A DNA stretch of 64,000 bases from a virus: positions 30,732 to 94,731 of IMG/VR virus record IMGVR_UViG_3300037418_003024. One strand, given 5' to 3'. The translations under genes were made by a program, and so were the position numbers. The notes beneath the pieces were generated by a model. The model saw only the letters and a list, made by a program, of their open reading frames with translations. It ran no database searches and had not been told where the DNA came from. Below, piece after piece: positions 38,824 to 48,948 of the stretch. Positions within the stretch are counted from its first letter, which is position 1. Each line of letters begins with the position of its first letter.

Positions 38824-38856
38824 TTTGATTATACACCAAGTTAAATCAAACGTCAA
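38824..38856 (-). promoter_or_regulatory. Strong sigma70 promoter with inverted-repeat operator
   Basis: TTGACG - 17 nt - TATAAT; TTTGATT...AATCAAA inverted repeat. Confidence 0.75.
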
Positions 38857-38973
38857 TAGGTTACGAAAGATTTTTCGCCAAGTATTTTCAAATGTAGAGG
38901 AGCGTCAGGTGGACAATAGCCGATTTTTCCTCCCCCCACTGAAGGTGGGGGTTTCCAAAATCGAGGTTGTACT

Positions 38974-40473
38974 ATGAGCAAAAACAAAATTAAGCCGGGC
39001 ATCTCGCCTGACCTAGCCAAAGCGGCGTTGCGGGCGTGCTCCGACGTTCCGACGGCGGATTCGATCATGATCGCAAGTGAATCGAGCGTCGTTGGTCACC
39101 TCGACCATGGGCGATATGGTCCGTCACCATTACGTGGTGCGCTCCCTGCCGTTCTTGGGATGCTCGCACTAGCCGGTGCTGGGTATCCGCTTGACGGTCT
39201 TGGATCGCATCATCGTCGAGCTGTTTCTGCTGATGAACAGATGCCTGACGACACTCCCAAGGCGTTGAAGCGGCTGCGCTCGATCGAGGCCGGCGAGTTC
39301 AAATCATCATCGCCGTCTCCCTATCGACCCGGCGCCTTGGCCGCTGCCGAGGCCCGGCGCGAACGTCGCCGAAAGCGCAACCTCGAACTTGCACGGAAGG
39401 GAGCGTTGGCGAAATGAGCCACAAGTTCTCGTTATCGTCCTGGGCGCTGGGCATCTTGCGGAACGAATCGTGCATCGAGTCGGGCCGAACGAAGTTCTTC
39501 AGCCTCGACTTTAGCGGCAATCCCGTCCGCGACGCGACCTACTACCGGCTGGCGGAAGACCAGGCTGGCGAACACCTCCCTTATCCCAAACTGCCGCGCT
39601 GGGCGAAACGACTCTTCGACTGGCGAATCCGAATAGGTGTTCGTTGTCCGGCGCTGCGTTGCCGACGGCGTGGTTACGAGTTCCAATTTCGTTGTCCTGA
39701 ATGCAATCACGGCGATTTCTTCAGCATGCGCGGTCGCTCGTGTATCGTCTGCGGCAGCAGCTTCGATCAGGACATGAACACGAAGTGGCTCGGGTACGCG
39801 GTCCGCCGTCAACGTGGCCTTCCGCCCTACGATCAGACGTCATCCGACGATGAACTCGACGATCCGTTCGCCGACACTCCGGCAAACACACGTCGCGAGG
39901 ATACGAGTCCGCGGATGGTGCCTCGTGACGTCTTGTGCTGCCCGTACTGCAAGGGTGATCTTATTCTCGAAATCGAGGAATGGGATATTGATACGGGCGC
40001 GCCGACGGAAATAAACCGGGTTTGGTGCAAGCGCGACTGGGACGTATTCTGCGGCGACGATGTCGAGCCGTGCAATGCCGGCGGTTACGGCTGGCTGGGC
40101 GTCACTTATGGCGTGCTCGAGTGGGCGAAGGAAAACGTGAGCGTCTATCCGTGCGTCGAATGCGGAATGACCGGTGACCGGCCCGGCGAGGCATCCTGTT
40201 CGGCGTGCCAGCAGAAAGCCGTCGACGAGTGGAACGCGCACCCCGTGCTGGATCTTGGAGGCGTCGATGGCTAACTATTCTGTTATCTGCGCGTCGTGCG
40301 GCCGCGCCTACGATTCGAGTAGGCATCGAGCCTGCCCGCGTTGCGCGGCTAAGTTGATCAAAACAGGCGACTTGTTCGGCACCGAGGATAAGTCAGCTTC
40401 ACCGCCGCCGGCTACTGGGCAATTCGCTGGCGCGTTTCTGTGCGGCAGTCGGAAAGTTAAGCCGAAGGGGTAA
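38974..40473 (+). CDS. Three hypothetical ORFs (38974-39417; 39414-40274 with multiple CxxC; 40267-40473 Zn ribbon)
   Basis: Coupled ORFs with Cys pairs. Confidence 0.55.
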
Positions 40474-40476
40474 GCG

Positions 40477-41784
40477 TTGCTCAGCCACAAATCCGCCGAA
40501 AGCGACCGCATGCTCCGCAATTATGCTCGAACGCGTGACCGTCGTCTCCGTGATCAGCTCGTTGAGTCTCACCAAGGCCTTGTTCGCATGGCCGCTCAGG
40601 GCTTTATCGCTCTCGGTGAGCCGTTCGACGACCTGGTGCAAGTCGGCAACATCGGGCTGATCGGCGCCATCGATCGATTCGAGCCGAGCCGCGGGTTGAA
40701 GTTTACGACCTTCGCACTCCCCACAATCGCCGGTGAGATTCGCCGTTACTATCGGGATAAAGTCGCGGCAGTCAAGGTGCCGCGACCAATGCGCGAGCTT
40801 TCGTATAAAGTGACGAGGGCAGCCGACCAATTGACAAGCCGCTTTGGGCGTGATCCCAGCGAAGAAGAAATTGCCGAGCATCTTAGCATACACGTTGGGG
40901 CGGTAAGAAACGCCATTCGTGTCGCCTTGACAATGCGCGTTGAATCCCTTGACGCGGAGATAGGCGACAGCGAAGGTGGTATGTCGCGCCTGGATGTCGT
41001 CGGTTCGGACGACCCGGGCATTAAGCGGGTGGTGGAGCATGCGGACCTTCAGCACGCCTTATCGCTGCTATCGGAGACTGACCAGAAGTTGTTGCGTCTG
41101 CACTACTTCGACGAGAAGACCCAACACCAAATTGCCGAGGCGATTGGGATATCGCAGATGCAGGTGTCCAGGCTCTTACGACGGGCAGTGTGCAAACTTC
41201 GCACGGCAATGACCGAACCTGAAAAGCTCGAACGAATACAACCGAAAGCGAGGAAACGATTGGAGAACAAACCGCAAACAGTGACCGACCAGACCTTCAC
41301 GCCGCCGGTGAACTGGCCTGATGATAAAGGATATCTGCTCGATCAGGAACAGCGAGTGCTCGAACTGACCTACTCAGGCAACGGGGCATACGTGCCACCC
41401 GGCTTTATAGCGAAAGAGATGCAGATCTCGAAGCAACGCGTCTATCAGATCCGTGGATCGGTGCTCAATAAACTCGCTGGGTTGCGGGCGGCTAATCGCG
41501 ACGAGTACATCGCGCATTTGACGACCGTTCGCCATCGGCGTAGCCACATTGAGGATGAAGTCGCCCGTGCGCCAGTCGTGGCAGTCACTCCGACGCCTGT
41601 GTCGGTCGAGCCGGTGATCACACCCGTGGAATCGGCTTCGGTCGATAGGCTGCCCTCCGTGCACACTGGCGTCTGCGCCCTGCTGTCATTCCGCGGCGAC
41701 GGTATCAATATCGAAGTTCAGGCCGCATCACTCGAACAGGTCAAACGCTTCGTGCAACTCGTCGAGGTTGCCGAAGCCGCATAG
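40477..41784 (+). CDS. SigB/SigF/SigG-type sigma factor with C-terminal extension
   Basis: DDLVQVGNIGLIGAIDRFEPSRGLKFTTFALPTIAGEIRRYYRD; TQHQIAEAIGISQMQVSRL. Confidence 0.92.
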   Translation: MLSHKSAESDRMLRNYARTRDRRLRDQLVESHQGLVRMAAQGFIALGEPFDDLVQVGNIGLIGAIDRFEPSRGLKFTTFALPTIAGEIRRYYRDKVAAVKVPRPMRELSYKVTRAADQLTSRFGRDPSEEEIAEHLSIHVGAVRNAIRVALTMRVESLDAEIGDSEGGMSRLDVVGSDDPGIKRVVEHADLQHALSLLSETDQKLLRLHYFDEKTQHQIAEAIGISQMQVSRLLRRAVCKLRTAMTEPEKLERIQPKARKRLENKPQTVTDQTFTPPVNWPDDKGYLLDQEQRVLELTYSGNGAYVPPGFIAKEMQISKQRVYQIRGSVLNKLAGLRAANRDEYIAHLTTVRHRRSHIEDEVARAPVVAVTPTPVSVEPVITPVESASVDRLPSVHTGVCALLSFRGDGINIEVQAASLEQVKRFVQLVEVAEAA

Positions 41785-41819
41785 ATATTCCGTGCTCCTC
41801 CACCGGCTACTTACAGCCG

Positions 41820-43847
41820 GTGGAAATCGATCTGTACGGCACAACTCAACCCGCCATGGCGGGTCCGGAGAAGGTCGACTTGTCGGAACTCTTCGACTTG
41901 CTGGACCGGGCTGTCGAGCAGCGGCCAGCGGCTATCAAGCAGGCTGTAGTGTCGGCGGCCGAGCAATCGGGCGTATGGCGCGATGGCAAGCCTCCGATGC
42001 GGTTCGATGAGTTCTGCATCGCCCTTGACCCGAAGACAGCTCTGTTTCCTCGACAGTTGTGGGTCTTTGACCAGTGCGGGATGCTCGATCCCTGGAACTG
42101 GATTCGGCCCGACAAGAAGTTGACCGAGTTCGTATTGGAATGGGGTAAAGGGTCGGGTAAGGATTTTATCGCCTCTCGCGTTATTGCCTACTTTACTTAC
42201 GTCATACTTCACATCGCGTGGGACAAGCCTAATTGGAAAACGCCCGCAGAGTTTTACGGGAGAGCAGCAGATTCATTACTCGCGATCGTAAACATAGCAC
42301 CCAATGCGAGGCACGCTCAAAGAGTCTTCTTCGGTCAGTACCTCTCTAAGTGGTTCAAACACGAACTCTTCGCGCCCTTCAAACCGTTCATCGGGAAGGA
42401 AGAAGTCAGCTTTTACACCGAAGCTGAACTTGCCCGCTCTGCGGCGACAAAGGGCCGTGAACGTCCGTTGCCGTGGTTGGTTTGTTATTCCCTCCACTCT
42501 CAAAGCTCAGGCTTTGACGGCATGAACGTGTTGGCGTGGGTGATGGACGAAGCCGATGACTTTCTAGATACCGAGAACCGGTCGCTCGCTGATGAGCTTT
42601 ACGATGTTCTAAAGGCCTCGGCTGGTACACGTTTCAATGATCGATGGCTCGGCGTCGTCATCAGTTATCCGAGGATCGAAGGCGGCTTCATGGAGCGTAC
42701 GTATGCTACGGCCGTGAAGCGCATGAAGGAACTCGGGCCCAATACTTCCGTGATTGCCGACAAAGCCGCGACTTGGGACGTTAACACCGAGACAAAACGC
42801 GATTCAGCCACGGTTTTAGAGCAGTACGAGAAGGATCCTGCCCATGCCCGGGCAATGTACGAGTGCATGCCAATGAAGACCGAAGAGGCCTTCTTCGACA
42901 TGCCCGACCGCATCACGGCTGCCGTCGACGATTCGCGCTCGCCGATCGCGCTCGTCAAAGAAGAGTACGTCGAGTTCAAGAAGAACGACGGTTCGACTTC
43001 CTACTTCATCTCGGCTTCCATCTCCAATATCGTCCGCAAGCCCGGTCACGCGTATTACCTCGGCGGGGACGCCGGCAAAGACGGGGACGCGTTCGCCCTG
43101 TCCGTCTTCCATGTCGACACCAACGATGGCGCGTTCGAATGGATCTGCCCGCGATGCGCACTGCAGAACCCGACGTTGCGGTCGTACGGCGACTACTCGC
43201 TGCAGGGCGATGTCCGTATCCCTGTCGATCAGAATATCCGTTGCGGCTCCTGCGCTGGCACGCCCCAGGATTACGCCGGCGGTTGGACGTCGGGCGTTGT
43301 CTCCGTCCGCGACTGGTGGCGCCGGTCCGATCGCGCGGAGTCGGCCCTGATTACGCCCGGCGGCGAAGTGCGCAAGTCGTTCAACGTGCCTCATGTGTAC
43401 GAAGACCTACTCGTCCGGATTAAGCCGGTCCGCAAAGTGCGCTCGCACGACGTCGAGCGCCCCGTCTACTTCCCTGGCGTGCAGGACCTCTGCTATGAGC
43501 TCATGGTGGGGCTGGGTATCGCCGTTGCCCGGTTCGACCCGTGGCAGACCGCGACCATCACGCAGGGCCTGATGTCACGCACGGGCGGTGACGTCGCGGA
43601 AATCTCATTCTCACAGCCGGAGCAGTATAAGCGTGGCCGCCTGGTCAAGTACATGCTTTACGCCGACCTCATCACGCTCCTACCAAGCCCGATCCGCGAC
43701 AAAGAGTACGCACAACTGCAATCCAAGAATGGCAGCAAGCTCGACCATCCGCCGGGCGGCAGCAAGGACTGTTACGACGCGGAGAGCGTGGCTATCTGGA
43801 CGGCCGTCTCTTCTCATTGCAACGATATCAATCTCTTCTGGGGGTAA
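41820..43847 (+). CDS. terL: Terminase large subunit
   Basis: GKGSGKD Walker A, WVMDEAD Walker B, ISYPR, YLGGDAG, DHPPGGSKDCYDA. Confidence 0.9.
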   Translation: MEIDLYGTTQPAMAGPEKVDLSELFDLLDRAVEQRPAAIKQAVVSAAEQSGVWRDGKPPMRFDEFCIALDPKTALFPRQLWVFDQCGMLDPWNWIRPDKKLTEFVLEWGKGSGKDFIASRVIAYFTYVILHIAWDKPNWKTPAEFYGRAADSLLAIVNIAPNARHAQRVFFGQYLSKWFKHELFAPFKPFIGKEEVSFYTEAELARSAATKGRERPLPWLVCYSLHSQSSGFDGMNVLAWVMDEADDFLDTENRSLADELYDVLKASAGTRFNDRWLGVVISYPRIEGGFMERTYATAVKRMKELGPNTSVIADKAATWDVNTETKRDSATVLEQYEKDPAHARAMYECMPMKTEEAFFDMPDRITAAVDDSRSPIALVKEEYVEFKKNDGSTSYFISASISNIVRKPGHAYYLGGDAGKDGDAFALSVFHVDTNDGAFEWICPRCALQNPTLRSYGDYSLQGDVRIPVDQNIRCGSCAGTPQDYAGGWTSGVVSVRDWWRRSDRAESALITPGGEVRKSFNVPHVYEDLLVRIKPVRKVRSHDVERPVYFPGVQDLCYELMVGLGIAVARFDPWQTATITQGLMSRTGGDVAEISFSQPEQYKRGRLVKYMLYADLITLLPSPIRDKEYAQLQSKNGSKLDHPPGGSKDCYDAESVAIWTAVSSHCNDINLFWG

Positions 43848-43849
43848 CT

Positions 43850-45155
43850 ATGACGAACTTAAATGTACAAGTAACTTTCGCGCCTTCTGGTAGGAATGTC
43901 GAGTGTGAATGCTCGCCGGTGATCGCAGGGCTAATCGCCGATCTGCTTTTGGCGCAGTGTCCGGGCCATAACGAGAAGGTCGCAACGTTCACCGTTACGC
44001 CTGCACCAGAGCGCAGCCGGAACAAGACGAACCCAATTCCTGCTGAAGCGGCGTGGGTCGAACTCCCTACACAATGCGTCTGCGGCAAGCCTCACCCTCA
44101 TTTCATATTTTTGTCCAATGAGTTTATCAATTTCAGGCCGACTCAGTCGGTTAAATGCCAATCCTGCGGGTCGGTTTATTATCGGATGATGGGTCTGACG
44201 GATGACGAATGGTCAGAGTGGATCCTTCACCCCGCGCCCCCAGTTACAGTAGAGCCAACGAAGGTCGACGGACGACAGAAGGCGATCGAAGCGCTTCGCG
44301 CGGCTCTCGGCGAGATAAATTACCCAGTCAATTGCGTGGCGGATGCGCTCGCATGCGTTCATCTCGGCCTTCCGAAGTCGCCGGTTATCTCGGGCATGGA
44401 TGAAAACCTCCGCAAAACCGTCCGCTGCATCGAAACCGCCCTCTATCACCTCGGCTATGGCGACAAACCGGACCACCTCCAGGAGTAGCTGCGATGCCTG
44501 CGCACGACGGCGACATCCTGTTCCAGAAGACCTGGTGGCTCGGTCGGCGGCTCGAATGGACCGGGCACGCCGTCATGCGGTCGGGCGAGCGTTGCGTTCC
44601 GATCTTCACTCACTTGCCGCGTCACGCGAAGCTATACCACATCCAGGATACGCCGGAGGGCGTCATTGCTCTCTGGCAGATTTGGCACAACGATGCGCCG
44701 TACGTGATAGTCGGCAAGGCGGCCATGGATACCCATAGGCAGGAACCGGTCATCACGGTCAAGACGTGCTACGTCGAGGACCTGATGGCCAAGATCGTCG
44801 AACGCCGGATCGAGCATCGACGCCAACAGAGGACCGCTCAGCGTGCGCAGCGGCGAACGCATCGTGAAGTCGACCGCGCGACGCACTCGCGAATTGAGCG
44901 GCTTCGGTATGCCCGCAAGGAGATTACCGGGCAGCGTAAGGCGGATCGGTACGAGGAGGACATGTGAACGAAACCCACTCGCCGAGTGAGCCGGCGAAGC
45001 GGCAGGACGGCGCCCATAACTGCCCGGAGTGCGCTTCGCCGCATACGCATCTGACCATTCACGGGCTCAACCAGGACAGCTACGAATGCGAGAATTGCGG
45101 GCACGAATTCGTGGTGCCGGTCAAGACCGTCGATCCTTCTAATCGTCATGCCTAA
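43850..45155 (+). CDS. Three hypothetical ORFs between terL and portal (43850-44488, 44494-44967, 44964-45155 Zn ribbon)
   Basis: Coupled ORFs; CxxC pairs in the first and third. Confidence 0.55.
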
Positions 45156-47055
45156 ACACCCGTCAACAATGCTCTCCCAGATTTACAGCGCGGCGGCGGC
45201 CGATTTGCCGCTCGATCTGACGCCGGCCATTCCTGACCGGTCGTTCCGCGAGCAGATGCGCTATCTGGTCTGGGATCGGTTCGCGACCGCACAGCAGGCG
45301 CACGCGATTCGTAAAGGGCTCGAGCTCCAATACGTCAAGGCCCAGAAGCGCGCGCTCGAAGCCCAGGAGCAGGACGCGGTTATCAACCCGACGATCGATT
45401 ATTGGGCGGCCGGGAATTCCACGCTCGGGGTTCGCGACCCAACCGGCACGACGTTCAGCGAGCTCCGCCGCCTGGCCTCCGATTGCGAGCCGGCGGCGTG
45501 CATCATTAACACACGCGTAGGGCAGGTGTCAGCGTTCGCTCAAAAGGCGGAGTTCCATCGCGCTCATGCGAAATCGCCCGGCTTCCGCGTCCGGATGACG
45601 AGTAAGGACGATAAGGCGACCGATGCCGACAAGAAGCGCATCGCGGAGCTCGAGCAATTTTTCGAGGAGACGGGGTACTGCCCCCCGCCGGAAGACGAAA
45701 TGCCCGAGGGGTGGGAACCAGGTCTCGAGTTCTTCCTGAAGCAACTCACACGGGATCGCCTCACCCTCGACTGGGTGGCCGTACGCCGATGGAAGTCGGC
45801 GGTGGACCCGAAGCGGTTCCCGATTGTGACATTCGCTTGTGTCGACGCCGGCCTCATTCGCCGTACGAAGAAGCAGATTCTCGGCGTGAAGGGACACCGG
45901 CTCATCACGGAGCCGTATGAGAATGAGCGGTCGAATATCTCGAAAGGTGACGCCAAGTTCGTTAAGCTCGAATACGAGGGTGGCCGAAAGCTCGAGGAGT
46001 ACACGGCGGAGGAAATGTTCTGCGCTCGCGCCCGGCCGCGTACGGACATAAAGGTTAACGGTTACGGCTACTCGGAGCTCGAAGAGGCCATCAACTGCAT
46101 TTCGGGCTGGATCTCATCGAGGAACTACAACCTCTTCCGATTCGACAAAGACAGCCTCCCGCGAGGCGTTTTAACAATCCTTGGGCAGTTGAACCAGCAG
46201 CAATTCGACTCGTTCACGATGATGTGGCGCCAGATGTTCGAGGGCGGCGCGAAGCGGTGGGCGATCCCGATTATCCGCGGCAATCCCGTCGCCGGCTCGT
46301 CGGTCAACTGGACGCCGTTCGACCTGTCGAACCGCGAGATGGAGTACTCGCAGTTCCTGTTCACGATCGCGATTTGGCTGCACGCCATTTACCAGATCCA
46401 TCCCGACGAGACAGGTTTCTCGGCCGCGTCGCCGTTCCGGCCTCCGCTGTCGGAGAGCTCGCCGGAAGTCGACTTGGAGGCGTCCCAGGACAAGGGGCTA
46501 ACGCCACTTTTGCGGTGGATCGCCGGTCTAATCAATCGTAACATCCTCTGGGTGATCGAGCCATCGCGCCGGTACACGTTCGAGTTCGTCGGCACCGGTC
46601 ATTGGGACGAGGCGCAAGATACCGAGGTGCGCGGGAACCGGCTGAACTTCGGGTTGACCACTCCGCGCATGGAGTGGAACGAGCTCGATCAGCAGATCCC
46701 GGAATCGATCGCCGACCACCCGGCCTGGGATATGCCGATGACGTTCGCCGCTGGCGTGCAGCTTCTGCAGTCGATGCAGCAGGCACAACAGCAGCAGGAC
46801 ATGGCGGAGCAGCAGCAGCAGGCCCAATTGCACCAGCAAACGATCATGGCGCACAACGCCAATCAGTTCGCGGGTGGGGGCGACGGCGAGGAAGGCAACG
46901 GCGATCAGGGGGCCGGTCAGGCGATGGGTGGTGCTCAAGCGCAAGGCGTTCCGCCGGGCATGATGCCGAAGTCGCCGAAACCGGGTGGTGCGATGCCGAT
47001 CGCAAAAGCTGTGACCTTCAGATCGGTCGTGATTAAAGGGGTGCTGAAACGATGA
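45148..47055 (+). CDS. Portal protein
   Basis: IINTRVGQV, RDRLTLD, GYGYSELE, PRGVL, REMEYSQFL, SQDKGLTPLL; Q-rich tail. Confidence 0.88.
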   Translation: MPKHPSTMLSQIYSAAAADLPLDLTPAIPDRSFREQMRYLVWDRFATAQQAHAIRKGLELQYVKAQKRALEAQEQDAVINPTIDYWAAGNSTLGVRDPTGTTFSELRRLASDCEPAACIINTRVGQVSAFAQKAEFHRAHAKSPGFRVRMTSKDDKATDADKKRIAELEQFFEETGYCPPPEDEMPEGWEPGLEFFLKQLTRDRLTLDWVAVRRWKSAVDPKRFPIVTFACVDAGLIRRTKKQILGVKGHRLITEPYENERSNISKGDAKFVKLEYEGGRKLEEYTAEEMFCARARPRTDIKVNGYGYSELEEAINCISGWISSRNYNLFRFDKDSLPRGVLTILGQLNQQQFDSFTMMWRQMFEGGAKRWAIPIIRGNPVAGSSVNWTPFDLSNREMEYSQFLFTIAIWLHAIYQIHPDETGFSAASPFRPPLSESSPEVDLEASQDKGLTPLLRWIAGLINRNILWVIEPSRRYTFEFVGTGHWDEAQDTEVRGNRLNFGLTTPRMEWNELDQQIPESIADHPAWDMPMTFAAGVQLLQSMQQAQQQQDMAEQQQQAQLHQQTIMAHNANQFAGGGDGEEGNGDQGAGQAMGGAQAQGVPPGMMPKSPKPGGAMPIAKAVTFRSVVIKGVLKR

Positions 47056-47180
47056 AGCTGAATAAGTGGTCGGTCGTTTGTGTTCTCGCTGTGTGTTCCT
47101 GCGCGTGTATCCTGATGGGGCATCCGCAAGCCGGTGAGACGTTCGGCGTTTGCGCCGTTCTCGTGGGGTGCCTCGCCTGA
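47052..47180 (+). CDS. 42-aa Cys-rich hydrophobic peptide
   Basis: ATGA/TGATG coupling on both sides; two hydrophobic segments. Confidence 0.45.
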   Translation: MKLNKWSVVCVLAVCSCACILMGHPQAGETFGVCAVLVGCLA

Positions 47181-47698
47181 TGATTCCGCTTAACGTTGTA
47201 ACCGAACACTCGTCTAAGTGTCACAACTGCGGTGGTTGCTGTGAACTCATTCCGCTCAATTTATCGCCGGAAGAGTTGGAACGTCAGATTGAAATCAATC
47301 CGCTCAGTGACAACGCGCGGGTTGCGAGGATGCTTCGCGGGCGATACCTCGGTATGTCCGTCATGAACGACGAGAGGCATAATAGCCATCTGTATGGGCC
47401 GTGCCCAAACCTGGTCTACTTTGACGGCGACGGCGGCGCGAAGGTTGGTGTGTGCGCCATCCACGATTGCCGACCGCACATGTGCTCTGGATTTCCGGAC
47501 TACGGTCGACCGGTCGGCCCGAACGTTGCGTATATTCAGGGTTGCGGCTACAACCGTGATGCCATGCACGGATTCGACATCGATGACGCGCGTGCGGTGG
47601 CTGAAGGGCGACTTGCACCTAGTTTAATCCGGTTCTATTTTTCGCATTCTGCTTATGAGCGGCCGGATGATTGCGAGGAGGAGGCGCTTCTCGTATGA
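47180..47698 (+). CDS. YkgJ-family cysteine-cluster protein
   Basis: CHNCGGCC, CPNL, CAIHDCRPHMCSGFP. Confidence 0.8.
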   Translation: MIPLNVVTEHSSKCHNCGGCCELIPLNLSPEELERQIEINPLSDNARVARMLRGRYLGMSVMNDERHNSHLYGPCPNLVYFDGDGGAKVGVCAIHDCRPHMCSGFPDYGRPVGPNVAYIQGCGYNRDAMHGFDIDDARAVAEGRLAPSLIRFYFSHSAYERPDDCEEEALLV

Positions 47699-48036
47699 GC
47701 TCTATCGCCGACACCTACCAGTTCGGTCCCGCTTCCGAGATAGCCGTTGAGGCGGCGACTGCTGAGAATATCGCGGTTCCGGTGGTCGCGTCCCTTGCTG
47801 GCGTGGCCGTTGTCCCGACCGGGCTCACGGCCGATTACTCGCTGCCTGCGGCCGGGGTTGCCCCTTCGGCCTGGTCGGCGGCGGCATGGTCGACGTGGAC
47901 GAAGAATGGCGCGACGTTCTATTCGCTGCTCGTGCCCGTGTCCGGACTGGCCGCCGGCGAATACGATTTGTGGGTGAAGGTGATCGACGGCACGCTCGTG
48001 CCGGTCCACTTCGTCGGGAGGGTGCAGGTTCGATGA
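47695..48036 (+). CDS. Small Ig-like/beta-rich virion-type protein
   Basis: GLAAGEYDLWVKVID...VPV...GRVQVR. Confidence 0.5.
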   Translation: MSSIADTYQFGPASEIAVEAATAENIAVPVVASLAGVAVVPTGLTADYSLPAAGVAPSAWSAAAWSTWTKNGATFYSLLVPVSGLAAGEYDLWVKVIDGTLVPVHFVGRVQVR

Positions 48037-48066
48037 ACCGTGAATTCTGCGTGCCGAGGCTGATTA

Positions 48067-48807
48067 ATGCCGACTAACGCACCGACCAAAATCATCCTTC
48101 GTCGTGCTCCCCGCGGTGGCCTCTCCTCCGCCGATCGCGCCTATCGCGGTGGGCAGTTCATCACGTCCGCCGTCTGGAACGCCGAGAAGGCGAAGGCGCT
48201 GCGCGACCTACCTGACCTCATCGCCTCTTTCGGCGACGATATCCAGTTCCTGCGCCGCGTCTACGAACAGCAGGTAGGGCTATCAAAACTGCCGGCTGGC
48301 GTGCTCGGCAAGGTCGAGGTTATCCCGCCGTCGACGGTCGAGGCCCGTATGAAGGCGCGGATACGTGAGACGTACACCCGCGCCTTCGCGCTCGGCAAGC
48401 GGCACGCCGGAAATCTGACCAGCGTCAACGGGGACGACGCGGTCGCCATCAAGGGTGTGCGCCTCGACGAGTTTACGTATCTGCGCGGCTTCCTGAAGGA
48501 CATGGCGGATGGTAACGGAGTGATGTCCTATGAGAAGCGCGCGGACTACTACGCGAAGGCAGCACGCGAACTCTTCTGGCTCGGGTTCGTCCTTGGCGAC
48601 ATGTCGTCGAATCGGCGGATTCGATGGGTTATGAGCCCGGAAAAAGAACATTGCCACACGTGCCTCGACATGGCCGCTAAAGGGCCGATCAAGGTCAAGG
48701 ACATGGCCGACTTTGCCAAGAAGGGCATCTTGCCGAACTCTGGCCGGCTGGACTGTCTCGGCTATGCGTGTGGCTGCCACTTGGAAGATGAGTATGTGAA
48801 GGGCTGA
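48067..48807 (+). CDS. MuF-like head morphogenesis protein
   Basis: RW.MSPEKEHCHTC...LP....DCLGYACGCHL; downstream of portal. Confidence 0.7.
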   Translation: MPTNAPTKIILRRAPRGGLSSADRAYRGGQFITSAVWNAEKAKALRDLPDLIASFGDDIQFLRRVYEQQVGLSKLPAGVLGKVEVIPPSTVEARMKARIRETYTRAFALGKRHAGNLTSVNGDDAVAIKGVRLDEFTYLRGFLKDMADGNGVMSYEKRADYYAKAARELFWLGFVLGDMSSNRRIRWVMSPEKEHCHTCLDMAAKGPIKVKDMADFAKKGILPNSGRLDCLGYACGCHLEDEYVKG

Positions 48808-48948
48808 CGAATGGACGGCTACGTCGTTACGATGGATGCGCAAACGTTCGTTGGCTATCTGTTCCTGTCGGCCATCGCCGGCGTGGTGATTACAGTGATC
48901 GCGGTGTTTCTGGTTTGCCGCGTGCCGATCAAAAGCGAGGATTGAACC

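Larger units (their letters stand above)
37917..38973 (-). mobile_element. IS200/IS605-family element with both ends, degenerate tnpA, no tnpB, two passenger ORFs
   Basis: LE: TCAT target (38974-77), GAAA guide, CCCCCAC-loop-GTGGGGG hairpin; RE: GAAG guide, hairpin 37926-46, terminal TCAC. Confidence 0.82.

Noticed and set aside
37917-38973. TnpB/omega-RNA system or IStron
   Set aside because: No tnpB ORF, only ~60 nt between the tnpA stop and RE, and no group I intron core recognised
37991-38977. 328-aa plus-strand ORF across the IS element
   Set aside because: Antisense shadow of three minus-strand genes that have their own promoter, RBS and motifs
46770-46840. CAG-rich repeat in the portal
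   Set aside because: Low-complexity poly-Gln tail typical of portal C-termini
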